This document shows, piece after piece, positions 47,477 to 56,289 of a stretch of 64,000 nucleotides of DNA (its first letter is position 1; every line of letters begins with the position of its first letter). This stretch comes from an uncultured Solirubrobacterales bacterium (GTDB lineage: Bacteria; Actinomycetota; Thermoleophilia; Solirubrobacterales; Solirubrobacteraceae), in assembly GCA_963746695.1 (NCBI GenBank), contig CAVVCP010000023.1:37413-101412 (forward strand), written 5' to 3'. The position numbers and the translations under genes were made by a program. The notes under the pieces were generated by a model. It searched no databases. It was not told the origin of the DNA and worked only from the letters and a program-made list of their open reading frames with translations.

Positions 47477-47881
47477 ATGGACGATCTCTACCGCGAGAAC
47501 ATCCTCGACCATTACAAGCGGCCGCACAACTGGAGCCCGCCGGGGGAGGCGATCGAGAGCCCGGACCTGGAGTTTCACGATCTGAACCCGCTGTGTGGGG
47601 ATGAGCTGACGGTGCAGTTGGCGCTGGACGGCGACGGGCGGATCGTGGACGTGCGGTTCTCGGGGCATGGATGCGCGATCTCGCAGGCGGCGGCGTCGAT
47701 GGCGTCGGACGAGGTCAAGGGGATGCACGTGGAGCAGCTGTTGCGGCTGGACCGGTCGTTCGTGCTCGACCTGCTCGGGATCGACATCTCGGCGACCCGG
47801 ATCAAGTGCGCGCTGCTGTCGCTGAAGGTGCTGAAGGGCGCGTCTCTTGGGCACGCGGCCGACTGGGAGTCGGCGGCGTAG
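47477..47881 (+). CDS. sufU: SUF-system Fe-S scaffold/sulfur acceptor SufU (NifU-like)
   Basis: [14 protein letters not shown]...NPLCGDE...GHGCAIS...RIKCALL. Confidence 0.9.
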   Translation: MDDLYRENILDHYKRPHNWSPPGEAIESPDLEFHDLNPLCGDELTVQLALDGDGRIVDVRFSGHGCAISQAAASMASDEVKGMHVEQLLRLDRSFVLDLLGIDISATRIKCALLSLKVLKGASLGHAADWESAA

Positions 47882-47882
47882 C

Positions 47883-47907
47883 AAATCCTAGTTTCGCGCT
47901 AGGATTT
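47883..47907 (+). other. AT-rich perfect hairpin between sufU and the Rieske gene
   Basis: AAATCCTAG (47883-47891), 7-nt loop, CTAGGATTT (47899-47907). Ends 5 nt before GTG 47913. Confidence 0.5.
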
Positions 47908-47912
47908 AGTTT

Positions 47913-48230
47913 GTGCCGCAAGTGATCGAAGTCTGCAACCTGGCCGAGCTCGGACCCGGCGAGATGCGCCTGGTTGAGTGGGAGGACCTCGAGATCGGCG
48001 TGTTCAACTGCGCCGGGACGGTCTACGCGATCGAGGATCGGTGCTCGCACGACAACGGCACGCTGGTCGAGGGAGAGCTCGACCAGGAGGCTTGCACGAT
48101 CGAATGTCCGCGACATGGGTCGCTGTTCGATCTGAAGACCGGGAAGCCGATGACTTTGCCCGCGTACGTTCCGGTGGACACGTACCCGGTGATCATCGAA
48201 GACGAGACGATCAAGCTGGAGGTGGAGTAA
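47913..48230 (+). CDS. Rieske [2Fe-2S] ferredoxin-like protein of the suf operon
   Basis: CSHD...(16)...CPRHGSLF, i.e. the Rieske CxH...CxxH pattern. Confidence 0.85.
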   Translation: MPQVIEVCNLAELGPGEMRLVEWEDLEIGVFNCAGTVYAIEDRCSHDNGTLVEGELDQEACTIECPRHGSLFDLKTGKPMTLPAYVPVDTYPVIIEDETIKLEVE

Positions 48231-49657
48231 TGGCTGTCGAACTCACGGAGAACCAGCAGCTCGCGGCCATCAACGCCGATTACGAGCAGCGATACGGCTT
48301 CAAGGACGCTGAGCACTACCTGTACAAGGCGCCGAAGGGGTTGAACCGGGAGATCGTGGAGAAGATCTCCGAGTTCAAGTCCGAGCCGCAGTGGATGCGC
48401 GACTTCCGGCTGAAGGCGCTCGACCATTTCCTGTCGCGTCCGCAGCCGACGTGGGGCTCGCCGATGCTGCAGGAAATCGACTACAACAACATCCACTACT
48501 TCGTCCGGGCATCCGAGCGCTCCGAGCGCTCGTGGGACGATGTGCCCGACGACGTCAAGAAGACGTTCGACCGGCTCGGGATTCCCGAGGCCGAGCGCAA
48601 GTTCCTTTCAGGCGTGGGCGCCCAGTACGAGTCAGAGGTCGTCTACCACCAGGTGCACGAGGATCTCGAGAAGCAGGGCGTGATCTTCACGGACATGGAC
48701 ACGGCGCTGCGCGAGCACGAGGACATCGTGCGCGAGTACTTCGCCACGATAATCCCGCCGAACGACAACAAGCTGGCGGCGCTGAACTCGGCCGTGTGGT
48801 CGGGCGGCTCGTTCGTCTACGTGCCCGAGGGCGTGCACGTGGAGATGCCGCTCCAGGCGTACTTCCGGATCAACACCGAGAACATGGGCCAGTTCGAGCG
48901 GACGCTGATCATCGCCGAGCCCGGCTCGTACGTGCACTACGTCGAGGGTTGTACCGCGCCGACGTACTCGTCGAATTCGCTGCACTCGGCCGTGGTCGAA
49001 CTGCTGGCCAAGCCGGGCGCGCGGATCCGTTATACGACGGTGCAGAACTGGTCGACGAACGTGTTCAACCTGGTGACCAAGCGCGCGGTGGCGCAGGAGG
49101 ACGCGACGGTCGAGTGGGTCGACTGCAACCTCGGCTCGCGCCTGACGATGAAGTATCCGAGCGTGTACCTGATGGGCGAGCGGGCCCACGGTGAGATCCT
49201 GTCGATCGCGTTTGCGGGCAAGGGCCAGCATCAGGACGCCGGCGGGAAGATCATCCACGCGGCGCCGAACACGACCTCGAACATCTTCGCCAAGTCGATC
49301 TCCAAGGACGGCGGACGGGGCTCGTATCGCGGGCTGCTCGAGATCGCCAAGGGCGCCCACGGCGCGCGCTCGAAGGTGGTCTGCGACGCGCTGCTGCTCG
49401 ACGAGCATTCGCGCTCGGACACGTACCCGACGATCAGGATCGGCGAGGACGACGTGAACGTCGGCCACGAGGCGACGGTTTCGAAGGTCGGCGACGACCA
49501 GCTGTTCTACCTGATGTCGCACGGCATCCCCGAGGATGAGGCGTCGAAGCTGATCGTCAACGGGTTCATCGAGCCGATCACCAAGGAGCTCCCGATGGAG
49601 TACGCGGTCGAGATGAACCGCCTGATCGAGCTGCAGATGGAGGGCTCGATTGGCTAG
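48230..49657 (+). CDS. sufB: Fe-S cluster assembly protein SufB
   Basis: TAATG overlap start. [12 protein letters not shown]..., [17 protein letters not shown], long beta-helix region, [13 protein letters not shown]. Confidence 0.95.
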   Translation: MAVELTENQQLAAINADYEQRYGFKDAEHYLYKAPKGLNREIVEKISEFKSEPQWMRDFRLKALDHFLSRPQPTWGSPMLQEIDYNNIHYFVRASERSERSWDDVPDDVKKTFDRLGIPEAERKFLSGVGAQYESEVVYHQVHEDLEKQGVIFTDMDTALREHEDIVREYFATIIPPNDNKLAALNSAVWSGGSFVYVPEGVHVEMPLQAYFRINTENMGQFERTLIIAEPGSYVHYVEGCTAPTYSSNSLHSAVVELLAKPGARIRYTTVQNWSTNVFNLVTKRAVAQEDATVEWVDCNLGSRLTMKYPSVYLMGERAHGEILSIAFAGKGQHQDAGGKIIHAAPNTTSNIFAKSISKDGGRGSYRGLLEIAKGAHGARSKVVCDALLLDEHSRSDTYPTIRIGEDDVNVGHEATVSKVGDDQLFYLMSHGIPEDEASKLIVNGFIEPITKELPMEYAVEMNRLIELQMEGSIG

Positions 49658-50810
49658 CGCCTCCGCTCCCGCCGTGGAGCTGCCCACGTTCAAGGGCCGC
49701 CCCGGGTGGGAGTTCACGGACATCTCGAGCCTGGACCTGGCCGCGTACGAGCGGGTGGGCGGTGCCGAGGCCGAGGCCGCGGGCGCGCAGCCGCTGTGGG
49801 TGTTGCCGGCCGCGGCCGAACTGCCCGACGGCGTGATCGTCTCGACGCTCGACGCGCCCGAACACCGGGAGCTGATCGAACGCCACCTGGGCTCGCTGGT
49901 GTCGCCCGATGACGACGCGTTCGTGGCGCTCAACGACGCCGGCGCCCGTGCGAGCGCGTTCGTGTACGTCCCGCGCGGCGTGGTGTTGACCGAGCCGATC
50001 TCACTGACCAGCGTGCAGGCCCGCACCGGAACCCTGCTCAACCAGCGCACGCTGGTAGTGCTCGACGAGGGCGCGGAGGCCGAGGTGTGGGAGCAGTTCC
50101 TGTCCGGGTCGGACGACCTCGACGGCGTGTTCAACACCGTCACCGAGCTCGTGGTTGGCCAGGCCGCGCGGCTTCGCTACGTGTGCGGCCAGGGACTGTC
50201 CGAGAAGAGTTGGATCTTCGGGGCCCAGCGGGCGGAGGTCGGACGCGATGCCTCACTGGACTGGGTCGCGCTCGGGTTCGGCTCGGCTCGCGGCCACGTG
50301 CGAATGGAGACGCGGCTCGCCGGCGAGGGATCCGAGGCCCGCGTGACCGGCGCGTACGCGACCCATGCCCGCCAGCACATCGACTTCGACACGACGCAGG
50401 AGCACGCTGCGGCGAACACCACATCGGATCTCGCGTTCCGCGGCGTTCTCCAGGACCGCTCGACCGCGGTCTGGAAGGGCAACATCATCGTCGATCCGGG
50501 CGCGCAGAAGACCGACGCGTTCCAGGAGTCGCGGAACCTGCTGCTGTCAAAGCGTGCTCACGCTGACGCCATCCCCGGGCTCGAGATCCAGGCCAACGAT
50601 GTGCGGTGCACGCACGCCGCAGCGGTGGCGCAGGTCGATCCCGAGCAGCTGTTCTACCTGCGCTCGCGCGGGCTGCCGCTCGAGGTGGCCAAGCGGCTGG
50701 TGATCGAAGGCTTCCTGGCGACGTTGGTCGAGCGGTTCGAGGCAGGCCCCGTGCGCGAGGTGCTGAGCGACGTGCTCGAGCGCCGGCTCGCGCTGATCCT
50801 CGGCGGCTAG
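49650..50810 (+). CDS. sufD: Fe-S cluster assembly protein SufD
   Basis: Follows and overlaps sufB. ...[22 protein letters not shown]...[30 protein letters not shown]. Confidence 0.9.
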   Translation: MASASAPAVELPTFKGRPGWEFTDISSLDLAAYERVGGAEAEAAGAQPLWVLPAAAELPDGVIVSTLDAPEHRELIERHLGSLVSPDDDAFVALNDAGARASAFVYVPRGVVLTEPISLTSVQARTGTLLNQRTLVVLDEGAEAEVWEQFLSGSDDLDGVFNTVTELVVGQAARLRYVCGQGLSEKSWIFGAQRAEVGRDASLDWVALGFGSARGHVRMETRLAGEGSEARVTGAYATHARQHIDFDTTQEHAAANTTSDLAFRGVLQDRSTAVWKGNIIVDPGAQKTDAFQESRNLLLSKRAHADAIPGLEIQANDVRCTHAAAVAQVDPEQLFYLRSRGLPLEVAKRLVIEGFLATLVERFEAGPVREVLSDVLERRLALILGG

Positions 50811-50827
50811 ACGAGCTCCTCGGCGGC

Positions 50828-51697
50828 CTAGACGAGCTCGTCGAGGGCCTCGAGCTCGTCTTCCTCGAGCTCGAGCTGGGCGGCCTCGAGGTTCTCCTTG
50901 AAGTGCGAGATCGAGCTCGTACCCGGGATCGGCAGGATCACCGGCGAATGGGCGAGCAGCCACGCGACCGCGACCTGTCGGGCCGTGGCGCCGTGACGTC
51001 GGGCGCTCTCCTGCACCGCGGGGCCGTGGCGGGCGATGTCGTTCCCGCTCGCGATCGGCGCCCAGGGGAAGAACGCGAGCTGCTGTTGCGCGCACTCCTG
51101 CAGGACGTCCTCGGAGGCGCGATCGACGACGTTGTAGCGGTTCTGGACCGAGACAATCGGCACGATCTGCTGGGCTCGCTCGAGGTCATCGAGGCCGACG
51201 TTGGACACGCCGATATGGCGGATCTTCCCCTCCTCCTGAAGCTCGGCGAGCGCGCCGATCGAGTCCTCGATCGGCACCTTCGGGTCGACGGTGTGGAGCT
51301 GGTAGAGGTCGATCCGCTCGAGCCCCAGCCGCTTGAGCGAGGCCTCGCAGCAGCGTCGCAGCCGGTCCGGGCGGCAGTTTGCCACCCAGCGGTTGGGGCC
51401 TGGGCGTTCGAGCCCGCCCTTGGTGGCGATCACGAGGTCGTCGGGATAGGGGCGGAGCGCCTCGGCGATCAGCAGCTCGGAGACCTCGGGACCGTAGGAG
51501 TCGGCGGTGTCGATCAGGTTCACGCCGTCCTGGACGACCCGGCGGAGGAGGTCGCGGCAGCCCGCTGGATCCGCGGGCTCGCCCCAGATTCCGGCGCCGG
51601 TGATGCGCATCGCGCCGAAGCCGAGGCGGCCGACCTCGAGATCGCCGCCGAGGAGGAAGGTGTCGGTGTCAGTCATCGCGCGCGAGGTTACCGGCAT
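50828..51697 (-). CDS. Aldo/keto reductase
   Basis: LGFGAMRITG, IDTADSYG, YQLH, IPIPGTSS motifs. Confidence 0.9.
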   Translation of the reverse strand: MPVTSRAMTDTDTFLLGGDLEVGRLGFGAMRITGAGIWGEPADPAGCRDLLRRVVQDGVNLIDTADSYGPEVSELLIAEALRPYPDDLVIATKGGLERPGPNRWVANCRPDRLRRCCEASLKRLGLERIDLYQLHTVDPKVPIEDSIGALAELQEEGKIRHIGVSNVGLDDLERAQQIVPIVSVQNRYNVVDRASEDVLQECAQQQLAFFPWAPIASGNDIARHGPAVQESARRHGATARQVAVAWLLAHSPVILPIPGTSSISHFKENLEAAQLELEEDELEALDELV

Positions 51698-51726
51698 CCC
51701 GCAGGCGTACGATCCCGCCCACGATC

Positions 51727-51990
51727 ATGGCCAGGCGACCCCCAATGCTGATCCCGCTTGGATATGGCAAGTTCGTTCGCGCGGACCGAGTGTTCGCCCT
51801 GGTCCCGCTCGAGGGGCCAGACCGCGGCGACGGCCGGCGGACGTTTGTCTACGTGGACGGGATCGAGGAGCCGATCATCGCTTCGCGCTCGGAGGGGGCG
51901 ATCGCGCGCGATGTTGCCGCCGCGCTTGGACGAGGCGCGGGCCGGCTGCGGGACGGCCTGGAGCTGCCCGGCCAAGAGGCGCTTTTCTGA
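51727..51990 (+). CDS. RemA-like (DUF370) small regulator
   Basis: LIPLGYGKFVRADRVFALVPLE...RRTFVYVDGIEEPIIASRSEGAI parallels Bacillus RemA (INIGFGN.V.A.R..AIV.P......R......). Assignment from memory of the family. Confidence 0.6.
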   Translation: MARRPPMLIPLGYGKFVRADRVFALVPLEGPDRGDGRRTFVYVDGIEEPIIASRSEGAIARDVAAALGRGAGRLRDGLELPGQEALF

Positions 51991-52133
51991 TCTTGAGGGT
52001 TCTAAACCGCTTTGGACGAATGTTCTATTTGGCGTCCTCGCGGCCGCGCCGATACCTCAGCGAGTAGCGAGCAGCGAGTCCGAAACAGTCAGTGTCGCCT
52101 GGGGGCTGACGCCGACACAACGAGAGGTAGAGA

Positions 52134-52571
52134 ATGCGTGGAAATGTCTACCGTCATGGGAGGCGGCGGACAGGTTCGTTCCTGCTGGCCGTAGTCGCCG
52201 GGGCGGCCGTCGCGCTGGCGATCTTGCTGACATCGGTCTCGTCGGCGATGGCGAAGAGCCTCGCAGTCGCGCCCGTGCAATCCCCGGCACCCGTGGTCCA
52301 CAGCGCCCCGCCGCCGCCGGTCGCCGCCGTCCACGCGCCCACCCCGCCGCCGGTCGCGGCCGTTCATGCGCCCACGCCGCCGCCGGTTGCGGCTGTTCAC
52401 GCGCCCACGCCGCCGCCGGTCGTCGCGGTACACGCGCCCACGCCGCCGCCGGTTGCGGCGGTTCACGCGCCCACCCCGCCGCCGGTTGCGGTACACACGC
52501 CACCGCCGCCGGTCGTGGTTTTGAAGGTTCCGCCGCCGGTCGCGCACGCCGCGGGACACAAGATCGCTTGA
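52134..52571 (+). CDS. Membrane-anchored/secreted proline-rich protein with 11-aa tandem repeats (VHAPTPPPVAA)
   Basis: Shine-Dalgarno-like GAGAGG upstream. N-terminal hydrophobic FLLAVVAGAAVALAILL. About six repeat units. The stop lies 8 nt before the GGDEF-EAL start. Confidence 0.6.
   Translation: MRGNVYRHGRRRTGSFLLAVVAGAAVALAILLTSVSSAMAKSLAVAPVQSPAPVVHSAPPPPVAAVHAPTPPPVAAVHAPTPPPVAAVHAPTPPPVVAVHAPTPPPVAAVHAPTPPPVAVHTPPPPVVVLKVPPPVAHAAGHKIA
52296..52520 (+). repeat. 33-bp tandem repeat, about 6.5 copies, in frame inside the proline-rich gene
   Basis: Units begin at codons V55, V66, V77, V88, V99, V110 and V120 of ORF 52134. The DNA unit is like GTCCACGCGCCCACCCCGCCGCCGGTCGCGGCC with synonymous drift. 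Confidence 0.85.
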
Positions 52572-52579
52572 GCGCTCGG

Positions 52580-54592
52580 ATGGCAACGATCTCGCGCACG
52601 CCCCGGATCAGCGAGTTTGTTCTGTACGTAGCACTGGTCGCTCTGCTGGCGGCCACCGTTCTTATCGCCCTGCCCTGGGTCAGGGAATGGCAGATCGACC
52701 AGCCGGCGCTGTTCCTCATGCTGTCGGCGTTCGTGCTCGCGGGGGAACTGCTGCCGATCCCGGTCCCGCGCCGGCGAGGGCTGGCGCGGGTCACGATCTC
52801 GGCCGCGTTCGCGTTCGCGATCCTGCTGCGATTCGGTCCCGGCCCGGCCGCGCTTGTCTATGTCTCGAGCTCGGTGTTCGCGGACGTGGTCGGGCGCGTG
52901 GCCCCGCTCAAGATCCTCTTCAACGCCGCCCAGTACCTGCTCGCGATCGTCGCGGCCGCCGGCGTCCTGCTGCTCGCTCACTCGCTCCCGCTCGGGACGA
53001 TGACGGGCTCCGAGCTGCCGATCGTGCTCGCCGCGGCGACCGCGTTCTTCATCACCAACCACGTGCTCGCGTGCGTCGCGGGCGCACTGCTGGCGCGGCT
53101 TCCGATCCGCGCCTACCTGCGCGACGACCTGGCGTTCCAGGCCTGGACCGCCGGCTGCGTGCTGGCGTTCGCGCCCGCGCTGGTGGCGTCCGCCGACGCG
53201 AGCGTGGCGCTCGTACCGGTGTGCTTCATACCGATGCTCGCGGTGTACTTCGGCGGCCGGCAGGCCGCGCTCTCGAGCCACCGGGCACACCATGACGCGC
53301 TCACCGGTCTGCCCAACCGCTCGTCGATGTCGGAGACGCTCCATGAGGCGCTGAACGGCGCCGAGCGCGCCGGCCGGCCGCTGGCCGTGATGTTGCTCGA
53401 CCTCGACGACTTCAAGTCGATCAACGACACGCTCGGCCACGAGCTCGGCGACCTGACCCTTCAGCGGGTCGCGCGGCGGCTGCGTCAGGCGGTCGGTGAG
53501 TCGACGGTCCTCGCGCGGATCGGCGGCGATGAGTTCGCGGTGCTGATCGAGGGGCCGCAGGCCGAGGCCGAGGCGATCGCCGAGCGGCTGCTCGAGGCGC
53601 TCGACCACCCGCTCGAGGTTGACTCGGTCGCGCTTCACATCTGCGCCAGCATCGGGATCGCGTGCTTCCCGCAGCACGGCCGGACCGCGCCCGAGCTGAT
53701 CCGCCACGCGGACGTGGCCATGTACTGCGCCAAGGGGTCGGACGCCGCGTTCCAGACCTACGCCGAAGAGGACGACGAGTACAGCATCGACCGCCTGGCG
53801 CTTGCGGCTCAGCTCCGCCGAGGGATCGAGCGGGGCGAGCTGGTCGTCCACTACCAGCCGAAGGTGCCGCTCGACGGCGGCGCGACGCTTGCGCTCGAGG
53901 CGCTCGTGCGGTGGAACCATCCGCAGCTGGGCTGCATCGGCCCGGATGGGTTCATCCCGCTCGCCGAGCAGACCGGAATCATCAAGCCGCTCACCGAGAA
54001 GGTGCTGGAGGCCGCGCTCGAGCAGTGCAAGCGCTGGCGCCGCGATGGCCTAGAGGTGACGGTGTCGGTCAACGTCTCGACGCGCAGCCTGCTCGACCAC
54101 GATCTGCTGACGGTGATCGGGATGCTGCTGGCGCGGCTCGACCTAGATGCCTCGGCGCTCCAGCTCGAGATCACCGAGAGCCGGATCGTCGCGGACCTGC
54201 CGCGGGCGCGGGCCGCGCTCGAGGAGCTGCGGGCGATGGGCGTGATGATCGCGATCGACGACTTCGGGACGGGCTACTCGTCGCTGTCCCAACTCCAGCA
54301 GCTGCCGGTCGACGAGATCAAGATCGACCGCTCGTTCGTGACGCGGATGGAGACCGACCGCCAGGACGCGGTGCTCGTCCATTCGATCATCGATCTCGGC
54401 CGGAATCTGGGGCTGCGGGTGACCGCGGAGGGCGTCGAGACGCAGAACGTCAAGGACGTGCTCGCGGAGCTCGGCTGCGACTTCGCGCAGGGGTTCCACG
54501 TGGGGCGGCCGGCGGTCGCCAACGAATGTACGCGGTACCTCGGGCCGGGCCGTCCCGCCGCCGCGGTGATCCCGCTGGCGTCAGCGCGCTAG
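52580..54592 (+). CDS. Membrane-bound GGDEF/EAL protein (diguanylate cyclase/phosphodiesterase)
   Basis: ATG 52580. About 8 TM segments, then RIGGDEFAV (GGDEF), EALVRWNHP (EAL), DDFGTGYSS. The 51758..52579 part of the tracked ORF was discarded. Confidence 0.9.
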   Translation: MATISRTPRISEFVLYVALVALLAATVLIALPWVREWQIDQPALFLMLSAFVLAGELLPIPVPRRRGLARVTISAAFAFAILLRFGPGPAALVYVSSSVFADVVGRVAPLKILFNAAQYLLAIVAAAGVLLLAHSLPLGTMTGSELPIVLAAATAFFITNHVLACVAGALLARLPIRAYLRDDLAFQAWTAGCVLAFAPALVASADASVALVPVCFIPMLAVYFGGRQAALSSHRAHHDALTGLPNRSSMSETLHEALNGAERAGRPLAVMLLDLDDFKSINDTLGHELGDLTLQRVARRLRQAVGESTVLARIGGDEFAVLIEGPQAEAEAIAERLLEALDHPLEVDSVALHICASIGIACFPQHGRTAPELIRHADVAMYCAKGSDAAFQTYAEEDDEYSIDRLALAAQLRRGIERGELVVHYQPKVPLDGGATLALEALVRWNHPQLGCIGPDGFIPLAEQTGIIKPLTEKVLEAALEQCKRWRRDGLEVTVSVNVSTRSLLDHDLLTVIGMLLARLDLDASALQLEITESRIVADLPRARAALEELRAMGVMIAIDDFGTGYSSLSQLQQLPVDEIKIDRSFVTRMETDRQDAVLVHSIIDLGRNLGLRVTAEGVETQNVKDVLAELGCDFAQGFHVGRPAVANECTRYLGPGRPAAAVIPLASAR

Positions 54593-55245
54593 CCGGCGAC
54601 CTGCTGGTACAGCGAGGGCAGGCTCGGGTAGCCGCTCGAGGCCCAGCCTGAGTTCTGAAGCGCCGAGATCTGCGTCGCCGCCGGTTGGCCGGCGGTGTTG
54701 AGGATCGCCTGGATCCCTGAGCTGGCGGTGCCGTAGCCGGGGATCGTGTTCTGGCCCTTGAGCCAGCCCGCGGTGGCGTCGGCGGCGGTGGTCGGGTCGC
54801 TCCAGATCGAGTCGCTCGAGCCGTAGGTGGCGCTGTCGGTATAGCCGATGTTGAGCCAGTCGTTGTTGCCCTGGCTCTGCCGCGACTGGGCGGCGCCACC
54901 CGACTCCTCGGCCAGCAGCCAGGCCGAGACGACGCTCGGGTCCATCCCGGTGTCGGCGGCGAGGCGCGAGGCGAACTGCTGCTGGTTCGAGGTCAGCATG
55001 CTCTGGGCGCTCGACGGAAGCGCGCCGCCGGTGCCGGCGGTCGATCCCGTGTCCTGCGCCTGGGCCAGCGCGCTCGCGAAGGTCGACGACGAGCCCGTCC
55101 CCGTGGACGCGGTCCCGGTGGCGGTACCGGCCGCGCTCTGACTGGTCGCGGCCGCGACCGAGGGGTCAAACGCGGTCTGAAGTGAGGCGATCTGCGCTTG
55201 GATCTGCGAGACGCGGGTTACGGCATCGGTGTAGCTCATCGACAA
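54589..55245 (-). CDS. Hypothetical protein with low-complexity Ala/Thr/Gly/Ser-rich N-terminal half
   Basis: TTG 55245 or ATG 55239. C-terminal half ...VVSAWLLAEESGG...NNDWLNIGYTDS...GWLKGQNTIPGYG has unknown function. Confidence 0.5.
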   Translation of the reverse strand: MSMSYTDAVTRVSQIQAQIASLQTAFDPSVAAATSQSAAGTATGTASTGTGSSSTFASALAQAQDTGSTAGTGGALPSSAQSMLTSNQQQFASRLAADTGMDPSVVSAWLLAEESGGAAQSRQSQGNNDWLNIGYTDSATYGSSDSIWSDPTTAADATAGWLKGQNTIPGYGTASSGIQAILNTAGQPAATQISALQNSGWASSGYPSLPSLYQQVAG

Positions 55246-55303
55246 CCAAGTGATCGGCGGCTCGCGGATTCGCTTGAACGCGCGGACCCTGGCAGACGCG
55301 CGC

Positions 55304-55346
55304 GCTGACGCGCCCGCTGACGCGCCGGCGCCCGCTGACGCGCCGG
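55304..55346. repeat. GCTGACGCGCC direct repeats in the divergent promoter region
   Basis: GCTGACGCGCC at 55304, 55316 and 55334. Perfect 16-mer CCCGCTGACGCGCCGG at 55313-55328 and 55331-55346. Confidence 0.6.
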
Positions 55347-55401
55347 GGCAAGCTGAGCGTTTTCCGCGCTACAGGAATCCGCGACGGCGCCGATCACGTG
55401 T

Positions 55402-56289
55402 GTGATGGCGTTCCCTCGATCCGGCGCTCCGAAAGTCGTGCTGCTGTGCGGTGGTCTCGGCACCCGTATGCGCGAGGAGACCGAATACCGGCCCAAGCCG
55501 CTCGTCACCGTCGGCGGAAAGCCGCTGCTGTGGCACATCATGAAGCTCTTCTCCGCCCACGGGTGCACTGAGTTCATTTGCTGCCTGGGCTATCGCGGCG
55601 CGATGATCAAGGAGTACTTCCTCGACTACCGGGCGCTCAGCACCGACATGACCGTGTCGCTCGCCACGGGCACGGTGGAGTACGCCCGCCAGGAGGTCGA
55701 GGACTGGAAGGTCACGCTGGTCGACACGGGGGAGAGCACGATGACCGGCGCCCGGGTCAAGCGGGTCCAGCATCATCTCGAGGACGACGAGCTGTTCCTC
55801 TGCACGTACGGCGACGGCGTCGCCGACATCGACATCTCGGCGTTGATCGAGTTCCATCGCTCCCACGGTCGACTGGCCACGGTCACCGGCGTCCGGCCGC
55901 CGTCGGCATTCGGGGAGCTTGCGCTCGCCGGCAGCGAGGTGACGAGCTTTGTCGAGAAGCCTGCCGTGAGCGGGTCGCTGATCTCGGGAGGATTCTTCGT
56001 ATTCAACCGCGAGGTGCTCGACCGCCTGTCGGTCGACCCATCGTGCGTGCTCGAGCGCGAGCCGCTGGAGTGCCTGGCGCGGGACGGCGAGCTGCGCATG
56101 TACCACCACGACGGCTTCTGGCAGTGCGCCGACACGGTGCGTGACGTCGACTCCCTACGCGGAATGTGGGATCGCGGCCAGGCCCCGTGGCGGGTGTGGG
56201 ACGATCGGCGGGCGCAAGCGGAATCACACCCGGGCCGGCGAGCGAGCGATCGCGTCGACTCGCTTCTGTACGCCGCGGGACTGCGGTGA
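55402..56289 (+). CDS. rfbF: Glucose-1-phosphate cytidylyltransferase
   Basis: VVLLCGGLGTRMREETEYRPKPLVTVGGKPLLWHIMK...GARVKRV...YGDGVADIDI...EKP...ISGGFFVF...DGFWQCADT. Confidence 0.9.
   Translation: MMAFPRSGAPKVVLLCGGLGTRMREETEYRPKPLVTVGGKPLLWHIMKLFSAHGCTEFICCLGYRGAMIKEYFLDYRALSTDMTVSLATGTVEYARQEVEDWKVTLVDTGESTMTGARVKRVQHHLEDDELFLCTYGDGVADIDISALIEFHRSHGRLATVTGVRPPSAFGELALAGSEVTSFVEKPAVSGSLISGGFFVFNREVLDRLSVDPSCVLEREPLECLARDGELRMYHHDGFWQCADTVRDVDSLRGMWDRGQAPWRVWDDRRAQAESHPGRRASDRVDSLLYAAGLR

Noticed and set aside
52296-52520. Possible CRISPR array, because of regular 33-bp repeats.
   Set aside because: The units are contiguous with no spacers, very GC-rich, in frame within a coding ORF, and no cas genes are present.
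51758-52579. N-terminal 274 codons of the 944-aa tracked ORF (51758..54592).
   Set aside because: The text is repetitive Ala/Gly/Arg and overlaps the RemA-like gene and the Pro-repeat gene. The GGDEF-EAL protein has a sensible ATG at 52580 followed by TM helices.
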